This document shows, piece by piece, positions 1 through 7,527 of a stretch of DNA of 15,276 nucleotides (position 1 is its first letter; the number at the start of each line of letters is the position of its first letter). The stretch is taken from contig JBBIJQ010000029.1 in assembly GCA_037445915.1 (NCBI GenBank), positions 1-15,276 of the forward strand, written 5' to 3'. Under the pieces are notes generated by a model. It saw only the letters and a program-made list of their open reading frames with translations. It was not told where the DNA came from and searched no databases. The stretch comes from Planctomycetales bacterium. GTDB lineage: Bacteria; 4484-113. The translations under genes were made by a program, and so were the position numbers.

Positions 1-44
1 CTGGGGCTGTAGCCCACTGGAAAAGCGCGCTATACAGGCATAAC

Positions 45-53
45 TGGTATAAT
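45..53 (+). promoter_or_regulatory. Extended -10 sigma70-type promoter (TGGTATAAT) for ribH
   Basis: TG-n-TATAAT about 50 nt upstream of the ribH ATG; SD-like AAAGGA at 92-97; no recognisable -35. Confidence 0.7.
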
Positions 54-104
54 GTTGCGGGGCGGCGGGGCGTTTGAACAGGCCGCACTATAAAGGAAAC
101 GCAC

Positions 105-578
105 ATGAGTTATACGGAACATAAACCTTCAATCGTGGCGAAGGGCTTGAAGCTCGCCATAGTCTGCTCGCGCTTCAACGAGCTGATTACCAAGGAATTG
201 CTGGAAGGCGCGATGGACGCGCTACGCCGCCTGTCCGCTAAGGACGGCGACTGCAAGGCCGAGGTATTCTGGGTGCCGGGCAGCTTTGAGATTCCCGGGA
301 CCATCGCGCGGTTGCTGGAGAAAGGCGGATGGGACGGAGTGCTCGCGCTTGGCTGCCTCATTGAAGGCAACACCGACCACTACAAGCTGCTCGCCAGCGA
401 AGTGACGAAGGGATGCGCCATGCTTGCGATGAAGCACCCGGTGCCCATCGGCTTCGGCGTGCTCACGACGCCTTCGCTGGACACTGCGCTTGAGCGCGCG
501 GGCACGAAGGCCGGCAACAAGGGCGCTGATGCGATGGAGAGCCTGCTGGAGACCATCGCCGTCTACAAAGGCATCTAG
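105..578 (+). CDS. ribH: 6,7-dimethyl-8-ribityllumazine synthase
   Basis: 157 aa with AIVCSRFN, VPGSFEIP, LGCLIEGNTDHY, PIGFGVLT and ERAGTKAGNKG motifs typical of type I lumazine synthase. Confidence 0.97.
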   Translation: MSYTEHKPSIVAKGLKLAIVCSRFNELITKELLEGAMDALRRLSAKDGDCKAEVFWVPGSFEIPGTIARLLEKGGWDGVLALGCLIEGNTDHYKLLASEVTKGCAMLAMKHPVPIGFGVLTTPSLDTALERAGTKAGNKGADAMESLLETIAVYKGI

Positions 579-649
579 GGCGGTTAGCGCCCGGCATATT
601 TCCACGCCGTAACTATTCGGCAGCAAACACCGTTGTGCATGAGGGGGGT

Positions 650-1279
650 ATGAGCGCATCCAGCAATTCCATGCCTGAAGGAGTAAGCGCAGACGAGAAG
701 CGCGCCGCCGTTCTCCGCGTCACAAAAGGAGAACCGCCTGACGCTGTTGCAGCCTCCATCGGGGTGCCGGTTCGGACACTGATGGACTGGGTGCGCAAGT
801 ATGAGTCGGCTAAACAGGACGCACCTGAATCTCCTGATACTGAACATGTAGCTGCCCTGCGCAACAAACCAATCGGCCATAGTGCAAGTGGCGTCTCAAA
901 TGCTGAGATTGACTATCCTGAGCTGCTCAAGGGAGTTGACCCAAAGTACTATGAAAGCCTGACCGATGAGCAACGCAACGACCTTGTAATCAAACAGGCA
1001 ATCGCACAAGAGAAAGTTGGCTACGAAAAGTATGCCCCGAAGTTTTTCCTGCCGGAAGAGGAAGACCCCTTCCCTGAAGGCCGCCATGTAGAACAGGCCG
1101 ATATGTTCGTTGCCCTTGAGATTAACCGCCCGTTGCTTATTATTGGGGGCCTGGTATTAGGCTTAGCAACAGGAGTTGCCGCTGCAAAATTCGGGGTTGA
1201 TTTGAGCGGGATGTCCTGGTGGATACTCGGCTCCGGTGCTGCCGCCGGCATTATCTTGATGCTAATCGGCGCGCGCTGA
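650..1279 (+). CDS. Hypothetical protein with N-terminal helix-turn-helix and two C-terminal transmembrane helices
   Basis: ATG at 650 follows GAGGGGGG (ORF track uses GTG 635). EKRAAVLRVTKGEPPDAVAASIGVPVRTLMDWVRKY looks like a transposase/homeodomain-like HTH; the C-terminus has two hydrophobic Gly-rich segments. Confidence 0.75.
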   Translation: MSASSNSMPEGVSADEKRAAVLRVTKGEPPDAVAASIGVPVRTLMDWVRKYESAKQDAPESPDTEHVAALRNKPIGHSASGVSNAEIDYPELLKGVDPKYYESLTDEQRNDLVIKQAIAQEKVGYEKYAPKFFLPEEEDPFPEGRHVEQADMFVALEINRPLLIIGGLVLGLATGVAAAKFGVDLSGMSWWILGSGAAAGIILMLIGAR

Positions 1280-1303
1280 GTTACGCCTTGGGTCGCCGTG
1301 AGT

Positions 1304-1309
1304 TATAAT
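1304..1309 (+). promoter_or_regulatory. -10 box (TATAAT) of purQ, leaderless geometry
   Basis: Perfect TATAAT 7 nt before ATG 1317; no SD sequence. Confidence 0.7.
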
Positions 1310-1316
1310 TGCCGCG

Positions 1317-2021
1317 ATGAAGGCTGGAGTCATCACATTTCTTGGCAGCAACTGCGACGACGATGCGCTGTATGCGCTCTCCGACGTCCTCAAGGCCGAC
1401 ACGCGCCGTTTGCACTACGACGAGACCGCATTGCCCGACTTGGACCTGGTCGTCCTCCCGGGCGGCTTTTCCTATGGCGACTATTTGAGGTGCGGCGCTA
1501 TCGCCCGTTTCTCGCCGATTATGCCCGCCGTTAAGGAATACGCAGACGCGGGTGGGCTGGTCATGGGAATCTGCAACGGCTTTCAGATACTCACCGAAGC
1601 CCAGATGCTGCCCGGCGCGCTTATCCGCAATGAGTGCGTCCAGTTTCGCTGCAAATGGGTGCACATCCGCGTTGAAAATACAGATACACCATTCACATTC
1701 AGGCTAAGGAAAGGCGAAGTCCTACGCATTCCCATTGCGCATGCGGAAGGCAATTATATAGACAGCCCGGAAAACATTGCCGCGCTTACAGCTTCCAACG
1801 GCGTGGTCTTTCGTTACTGCAATGAGCTTGGCGAGGTTACTCCTGAGTCTAATCCCAACGGTGCGATGGATAACATCGCTGGCATTGTAAATAGGCGCGG
1901 GAATATCTTGGGAATGATGCCCCACCCGGAACGGGCATGCGAAAAGGCGCTTGGCAGCGACGACGGAATGAAAATTCTGGGTGCGGTCGCTGAGTATATC
2001 CATAGCCGCGTTCCCGGCTAG
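1317..2021 (+). CDS. purQ: Phosphoribosylformylglycinamidine synthase glutaminase subunit PurQ
   Basis: FLGSNCD, LPGGFSYGDYLR, GICNGFQIL (nucleophile Cys), PIAHAEGNY, NPNG, GMMPHPER (His-Glu of the triad). Confidence 0.97.
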   Translation: MKAGVITFLGSNCDDDALYALSDVLKADTRRLHYDETALPDLDLVVLPGGFSYGDYLRCGAIARFSPIMPAVKEYADAGGLVMGICNGFQILTEAQMLPGALIRNECVQFRCKWVHIRVENTDTPFTFRLRKGEVLRIPIAHAEGNYIDSPENIAALTASNGVVFRYCNELGEVTPESNPNGAMDNIAGIVNRRGNILGMMPHPERACEKALGSDDGMKILGAVAEYIHSRVPG

Positions 2022-2038
2022 CCCCCTCTCCCTACCCC

Positions 2039-2049
2039 TGTGGTAGAAT
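2039..2049 (+). promoter_or_regulatory. Extended -10 promoter (TGTGGTAGAAT) of the mtnA operon
   Basis: TGTG-n-TAGAAT 12 nt before ATG 2062; no SD sequence in the gap. Confidence 0.65.
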
Positions 2050-2061
2050 TGGCGCGCCGAC

Positions 2062-3072
2062 ATGCACACCATCGCTGCAAGCTGGATGGGCGATTATCTC
2101 GCCGTTCTTGACCAAACGAAGCTCCCCTTTCGCGAAGTGGTGGTTCAGCTGTCACGTCTTGCGCATTACACCAAAGCCATCCGCAGCATGCAGGTTCGTG
2201 GCGCACCCCTCATAGGCATAGTCGCGGCTTACGGAGTCGCGCAGGAAGCCTTGGCTGCGAAGTCGCTTGAGCCAGCAGTGTTTCGCGCGCGCGTTGAGAG
2301 CGCTATCAATATTCTTGCCGGCACGCGCCCCACTGCTGCAAATTTGTTTTGGGCACTGAATAGGCAAAGAGAGTTGCTGGATGCCGCGTGGCATAAGCCG
2401 CGAGCCTGCGCCCGGCACCTTATCGCGCAGGCAGAGGCTATCCATCGCGAACAGCTGGAGGCCGAGCGAAAAATGGCGAAAGCAGCCCTGAAGCTAATAC
2501 CACACGGCCCCGCTGCGCTGACAATATGCAATAGCGGGCCCATCGCGACAGGCGGCATTGGCACTGCGCTTGGTGCAATCATATTTGCCTATCACCAGCG
2601 GAGGATAAGCGAAGTATTTGTCCCTGAAACTCGCCCTAGATTGCAGGGGCGCTTGACGGCCTGGGAGCTGGAGCGCGCCGGCGTAGTATTCACCGTAATT
2701 GCAGACGTCGCGGCAAGCTCAGCGCTTGCATCCGGCCGTATCTGCGCTACTCTCGTCGGGGCTGACCGCATTGCCGCAAACGGCGACACCGCCAACAAGC
2801 TCGGCACATATTCTATAGCAGTATTGTGCCGGGAGCACCGCGTTCCGTTTATCGTCGTCGCTCCGGAAAGCACGCGCGATTTATCGTGTCCCAATGGAGC
2901 GGGTATTACCATTGAGGAACGCGATGCGGGTGAAATAAGAATAGTCGCTGGCAAGCGGCTAATGCCCGAAGGCTGGCGGGTATGGAATCCCGCGTTTGAT
3001 GTTACGCCGCGCGCGCTCATTTCACACTATGTTACCGAGCTAGGCGCGCGCCCCGGCGGGAGGAAGAAGTAA
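2062..3072 (+). CDS. mtnA: S-methyl-5-thioribose-1-phosphate isomerase (eIF-2B family)
   Basis: LDQTKLP, MQVRGAPLIG, TRPTAANL, TICNSG (catalytic Cys), ETRPRLQG, GADRIAANGDTANKLGT (catalytic Asp), IEER, NPAFDVTP. Confidence 0.92.
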   Translation: MHTIAASWMGDYLAVLDQTKLPFREVVVQLSRLAHYTKAIRSMQVRGAPLIGIVAAYGVAQEALAAKSLEPAVFRARVESAINILAGTRPTAANLFWALNRQRELLDAAWHKPRACARHLIAQAEAIHREQLEAERKMAKAALKLIPHGPAALTICNSGPIATGGIGTALGAIIFAYHQRRISEVFVPETRPRLQGRLTAWELERAGVVFTVIADVAASSALASGRICATLVGADRIAANGDTANKLGTYSIAVLCREHRVPFIVVAPESTRDLSCPNGAGITIEERDAGEIRIVAGKRLMPEGWRVWNPAFDVTPRALISHYVTELGARPGGRKK

Positions 3073-3752
3073 TGGAACTTATAGTATCGCTGCCCGGAAA
3101 TGAGTTGGAGTTAGCGCTGGCATCCGAACGGGGCGGGGCCGATTCTGTTAAAACGCATATGAACGTATCGCACCGCGCAAGTGGGCTGTCATTCGGGGGC
3201 TTTTCAGAAGAAGCCTTGCGCATTCGCAGCATTATCTCTGGATGCTGCGTGAAAGTCGGGCTGATGCCCGGACAGGAAACGCTGCCCACTCTTGAAGAAG
3301 TGCGCAGCCTCATCAGCAGTGGGCTGGACTTTGTAGACATCTACGCGCACCACCTTCCCCCATCCTTCCTTGCTCTCGGCACAAACGCGCGCTTGATTCC
3401 TGCAATAGACCACACCTATTCCATTTTTGATGCAGCTTCGCTTAGCAAGCTGGTTGTGAGCGGCAAACCGGCAGCGTCAATGTTGGAAGCTTCCATTGTT
3501 CACCCCGATTATTACGGCACCCCCCTAAGTGCGCGCGACCTTGCGGCGTATGCTTCCATCGTCAAAGCCAGCCGGGTGCCAGTGCTTGTTCCTACTCAGA
3601 AGTTCATCAAGCCGGAAGATATTCCTGCTCTTGCCGATGTGGGCGTGAGCGCGCTGATGATTGGCGTGATCGTGACAGGCCCGACGCCTCGAGGGATTGA
3701 GAAAGTCACTGCTGAGTTTCGCCAGGCCATAAAGAGCCTTCGGCCGGGATAG
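3072..3752 (+). CDS. Conserved hypothetical protein, probable ribulose-phosphate-binding (TIM) barrel
   Basis: 226 aa alternating beta/alpha pattern: LIVSLP, GADSVKTH, VGLMPG, GLDFVDIY, LEASI, PVLVPTQK, GVSALMIG. TAATG overlap with the mtnA stop. Confidence 0.7.
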   Translation: MELIVSLPGNELELALASERGGADSVKTHMNVSHRASGLSFGGFSEEALRIRSIISGCCVKVGLMPGQETLPTLEEVRSLISSGLDFVDIYAHHLPPSFLALGTNARLIPAIDHTYSIFDAASLSKLVVSGKPAASMLEASIVHPDYYGTPLSARDLAAYASIVKASRVPVLVPTQKFIKPEDIPALADVGVSALMIGVIVTGPTPRGIEKVTAEFRQAIKSLRPG

Positions 3753-3755
3753 CTG

Positions 3756-5213
3756 ATGTTGCGCATCGTATTACTTCCGCTGGATAATCGTCCACTGAAT
3801 TATGCTTCGATCAAGCGCACCGCAGCGGTTTCGCCGGTAGAGCTTATCCTACCCCCGCGAGGCTTGGTAAGCGGCCGCGAGGGAGCTCCTGAACTTATCC
3901 CAGTCGCGCGATGGCTGATGTCCAACTGCGAAGGAAATGCGCTTGTGTTATCGCTGGACGCGCTGCTCCACGGTGGCTTGGTGCAAGCGCGCGCAGCAAG
4001 GCCGGCAGCCCCCAGGGCTCTTGAGGCGCTGAAGGTTCTTGCCCCGTTATCCGCGCGCGCGGCATCAATACGCGCTTTCTTCGTTTGGAAGCGCGTTTGG
4101 GGAAGCATATTCACTCTTCGAGGCCTCGCGCGAATGCCGGTGTTCCAGCAAGTCTCAATCCGCCTCGCCGAACTCGCACGGGAAAGCGACGCCTACAGCC
4201 TTTACGCCAGGCTGGCATCGCAGCCTGAGCCTCTCTGCGGCCTGCCTGCGGACGATGTGTCGCTGCTGGCGCAATCCCGGCTTGCTATGCTTGATGAGGC
4301 TAAGGCGATTATCCACGCCTGCGCGTCAGAAGGCATCACGCTACACATCGCTGTTGAGGATTCAATTGCGAACGGAGTTCAAGAAGAGGAACTCACGTGG
4401 TTGCGCTCCAACTCTGATGCTCCTTTCACTATTGCAGATGGCGCAGACGAGGCTGGCGCCGTTCTCGTTTCCGGGGCGATCAAGGAATCTTTAGCCAATT
4501 TGCCGCTTAATGTCTATGCCGACTCTTCATTAGATGTCATTGCTCCATATGAGAGTAGGACAGTCGTGAGTAACCTGAGGGTGCTTTGCCTGCTAGCGGG
4601 CGCTGGGAATACCCAGGAACCATCAGATGCGATACTTCATATCACTGGGCAGCCTGAGGCCAGCGACCTCTACACAGATTTAGTAGCGGGGAAGATAACA
4701 TTAGCGGAACCAGAAGAGCTATTGGAAAGATTGATTCCTGCAGAGGATATTAGCCGCAGGGTTTTCTGCGACCTCACCGCTACCAATGGAATCAACCCAC
4801 CGCTTCTTCAGGCTTTCGCAAAGGACCGCACTCCCCCTCTTGCCATCGCGCAGGTAAATACTATCTCCAATCGAATCGGGCATGCGCTTCTGCTAGCGGT
4901 CATTGCATCTGAAGCTGCCCCCTCTAACGAGCTTACTCAGCTCATTATCTCCTCATACCTGGAAGACCTGCTTTACCAGGCGCATCTTCGCACATGGGCT
5001 TTAAGCAAGTACGGCGGCATTGAGCCGGAGAGCGATGCAGTTTGCGCTGAGGCTGAACATTCCCTTTCACTTCTGGCGACAGCATTTGCCCAGCGCAAAT
5101 TCAACGGAGCGCTGCTCTTTGGCAAGCGGATCAAAGCAGGCTGTGTCAGCGTCCGTTTGCCTTGGAAGCGCTGGTTTGAATGTGAAGTTGAAGTTGAGGC
5201 ATCGCTAGTATGA
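3756..5213 (+). CDS. DUF4127 family protein
   Basis: Motifs recalled for DUF4127, in the expected order: LPLDNRP, SLDALLHGGLVQAR, GADE, PYE, D...NG, NT.SN.IG, EDLLYQ...R, LPWKRWFE. Starts 3 nt after the previous stop. Confidence 0.8.
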   Translation: MLRIVLLPLDNRPLNYASIKRTAAVSPVELILPPRGLVSGREGAPELIPVARWLMSNCEGNALVLSLDALLHGGLVQARAARPAAPRALEALKVLAPLSARAASIRAFFVWKRVWGSIFTLRGLARMPVFQQVSIRLAELARESDAYSLYARLASQPEPLCGLPADDVSLLAQSRLAMLDEAKAIIHACASEGITLHIAVEDSIANGVQEEELTWLRSNSDAPFTIADGADEAGAVLVSGAIKESLANLPLNVYADSSLDVIAPYESRTVVSNLRVLCLLAGAGNTQEPSDAILHITGQPEASDLYTDLVAGKITLAEPEELLERLIPAEDISRRVFCDLTATNGINPPLLQAFAKDRTPPLAIAQVNTISNRIGHALLLAVIASEAAPSNELTQLIISSYLEDLLYQAHLRTWALSKYGGIEPESDAVCAEAEHSLSLLATAFAQRKFNGALLFGKRIKAGCVSVRLPWKRWFECEVEVEASLV

Positions 5214-6523
5214 CCCACAAGACTGAGAGAATATGCGATGTGCTAGTTGTTGGCGGAGGAATGGCTGGCTGCGCCGCGGCAATTGCTGCGCGAAGAGCTG
5301 GCGCTTACGTAATACTAGTTGAATCATCAGGGTTGCTTGGCGGCTGCACTACACAATGTATGGTGCACCCGTGGCAAACCTACCACGCCCCAGCTGAAGG
5401 CCCCAGGAAGCGCCCAAGGCAAATTATAAAAGGCATCGCTGCTGAGTTTGCTGAAGACCTGAAAGCCATCGGTGCCAGCCCCGGCCATGTTGCCGACCCG
5501 ATTGGCTTCGTCCCTACTCTTACGCCAATCAACATTGCTGCTGTTCCGCCCTACTTGATTAGCAAGCTTTCCGCCGAAGGCGTGGAAGTCTTGCTGGAAC
5601 GCACGGCTTTTTGGGCTGGAGCAAGTGGGGATAAAGTCGCAACTGTTACAGTTTTGCCGCCCAGCATTGAACCATCACACAGCTTGCGCATCCGCGCGCG
5701 CGCATTCGTTGACGCCAGCGGCAGCGCAATCATCCCGCGCCTGCTAGAGACGGAGGTTATTGTCCCCGGGCAGCCACAAGCTTGGACACACATTTTCGCA
5801 ATGGCTGGCGTGGACACTAGCGCCATCGTGGATTACGTTGAAGCTCACCAGGGCGACTTTTGCCTTCCCCGTGATTGGAGCAGCCGCATCAATCGTTACT
5901 TTGGAGTGTCGGGTTTCTTTTCGCTCGTTGCTGAAGCTCAGGCGCGAGGCGAGTTTCCCTGCTTCCGCGACCGCCTACTCATGTTCGGGGGCGCTCGTCC
6001 CGGCGAAGTCTTTATAAACACCACGCGTGTTTCCGCGCCTGAAGGCTACTTTGAGATGGCAGATATGAAGCGCAGACGTGCCGCAGCGAAGCTTCGGGCT
6101 GAAGGGCTGCTGCAAGTGCATGAACTAGCGCATTGGCTGAAGCGCAACGTTCCCGGTTTCGCAACAGCCGATTTGCTGGCAGTCGCCCCGCATCTTGGCG
6201 TGCGCGAGTCTTACCGCCTTCGCGGGAAGTACGTTTTGCGCGGCAAAGACGTTATTGCAGGCGTGCAGTTCCCTGACGCAGTTATAGACGCCTACTACCC
6301 CATTGATATCCATCGCGCAGGTGGATCCAGCCTTGAAGCGCAGATTCTCAACCGCCCTTACCAGATTCCCAAGCGCGCGCTCATTTCCCGCGACTTTTAC
6401 AACCTGTTTGCGGCTGGAAGATGCCTAAGCTGCGACAGCACCGCATTTGCCAGCGCCCGTGTGACTCCGATAGCAATGGCGATTGGAGAAGCTGTTGGTT
6501 TTATGGCGGCTGAGTCTATTTAA
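5210..6523 (+). CDS. FAD-dependent oxidoreductase (FAD_oxidored/PF12831-like)
   Basis: DVLVVGGGMAG Rossmann motif, LGGCTT, FVDASG, INTTRV, GVRES.R, YPIDIH, YQIP...L, NLFAAGRCLS, SARV...AMAIGEAVG; ATGA overlap with the DUF4127 gene. Confidence 0.9.
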   Translation: MTHKTERICDVLVVGGGMAGCAAAIAARRAGAYVILVESSGLLGGCTTQCMVHPWQTYHAPAEGPRKRPRQIIKGIAAEFAEDLKAIGASPGHVADPIGFVPTLTPINIAAVPPYLISKLSAEGVEVLLERTAFWAGASGDKVATVTVLPPSIEPSHSLRIRARAFVDASGSAIIPRLLETEVIVPGQPQAWTHIFAMAGVDTSAIVDYVEAHQGDFCLPRDWSSRINRYFGVSGFFSLVAEAQARGEFPCFRDRLLMFGGARPGEVFINTTRVSAPEGYFEMADMKRRRAAAKLRAEGLLQVHELAHWLKRNVPGFATADLLAVAPHLGVRESYRLRGKYVLRGKDVIAGVQFPDAVIDAYYPIDIHRAGGSSLEAQILNRPYQIPKRALISRDFYNLFAAGRCLSCDSTAFASARVTPIAMAIGEAVGFMAAESI

Positions 6524-6534
6524 GGCTTGCGGGG

Positions 6535-6540
6535 TATAAT
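6535..6540 (+). promoter_or_regulatory. -10 box (TATAAT) of nadA, leaderless geometry
   Basis: Perfect TATAAT 6 nt before GTG 6547 (in-frame ATG at 6550); no SD sequence. Confidence 0.7.
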
Positions 6541-6546
6541 GACGCT

Positions 6547-7521
6547 GTGATGTGTGCTTTCGCATCAAAACCTGTTGATTTTAGAGAAGACCCAAGACCC
6601 GCAGCGGTAGTTGCTAACAAGGCGCTGGCAAGAATTGCCGAGCTGAAACGCGAACTTAACGCGGTCATCCTCGCGCATAACTATATGGTCCCTGAACTTC
6701 AGGACATCGGGGATTTTCTTGGCGACAGCCTTGAACTTGCACGGAAAGCTGCTTCTACCGACGTCGAAGTAATAGTCTTTCTTGGCGTGACTTTTATGGG
6801 CGAAACTGCGAAGTTGCTCTCGCCCCAAAAGAAGGTGCTAATGCCGCGCCTGGACGCGCTCTGCCCAATGGCAGAGATGGTTGGGGTGCCGCAAGTATTG
6901 AGATTGAAAGAGCAGTATCCCGGCGCGCCGGTCGTCGCCTACGTAAACACACGCGCAGATGTTAAGGCAATCTCGGATATCTGCTGCACATCCGCTAATG
7001 CGGTTAAGGTAGTTGAATCGCTTCGTGCCGACGAAGTCATTTTTATCCCAGACAGCGGGCTTGGGGCTTATATCCAGCGCCACACAAGGAAGAAAGTGCA
7101 TTTCGCAAGCGGTTACTGCCCGACGCACCACCGCATCATCGCCGAAGACATTATGCGCTTAAAAGCCGAACACCCCGATGCCTGCACACTGGTTCACCCT
7201 GAATGCACGGGCGATGTGCTTGACCTGGCCGACTGTATCGGCTCAACCAGCGCAATCCTTCGCTTCGTCGGCGAGCTTCAAGGAAAGTACTCCAAGTTCA
7301 TCATCGGCACTGAGAAAGGCCTTATCTACCGCTTGCAAAAGCTGCACCCGGGGCTGCAGTTCTTCCTGCCCAGCCCCCTAGTCGTATGCCCGACGATGAA
7401 GCGCAACCGACTGGAGCAGGTAGTTGACTGCATGGAGAACCGCGCGCCGGAAATAACTGTGCCAGATGAAATCCGCGTTAAGGCGCTGCGCGCAGTAGAA
7501 GCCATGATGGCTGTCAGCTAA
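6547..7521 (+). CDS. nadA: Quinolinate synthase
   Basis: ILAHNY, GDSLEL, FMGETAK, CPMA, AYVNT, CCTSAN, CPTH, VHPEC, GSTS, GTE, CPTMK, including the three 4Fe-4S cysteines. Confidence 0.97.
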   Translation: MMCAFASKPVDFREDPRPAAVVANKALARIAELKRELNAVILAHNYMVPELQDIGDFLGDSLELARKAASTDVEVIVFLGVTFMGETAKLLSPQKKVLMPRLDALCPMAEMVGVPQVLRLKEQYPGAPVVAYVNTRADVKAISDICCTSANAVKVVESLRADEVIFIPDSGLGAYIQRHTRKKVHFASGYCPTHHRIIAEDIMRLKAEHPDACTLVHPECTGDVLDLADCIGSTSAILRFVGELQGKYSKFIIGTEKGLIYRLQKLHPGLQFFLPSPLVVCPTMKRNRLEQVVDCMENRAPEITVPDEIRVKALRAVEAMMAVS

Positions 7522-7527
7522 ACATTG

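Noticed and set aside
1..104. FMN riboswitch upstream of ribH
   Set aside because: The leader is only about 45 nt and lacks the RFN consensus; it has just a GC-rich possible hairpin
578..603. Intrinsic terminator after ribH (GGGCG-gttag-CGCCC)
   Set aside because: 5-bp stem with no adjacent U-tract; too weak to call
650..830. IS3-family insertion sequence
   Set aside because: Only an HTH is present; no DDE ORF, terminal inverted repeats or target duplication
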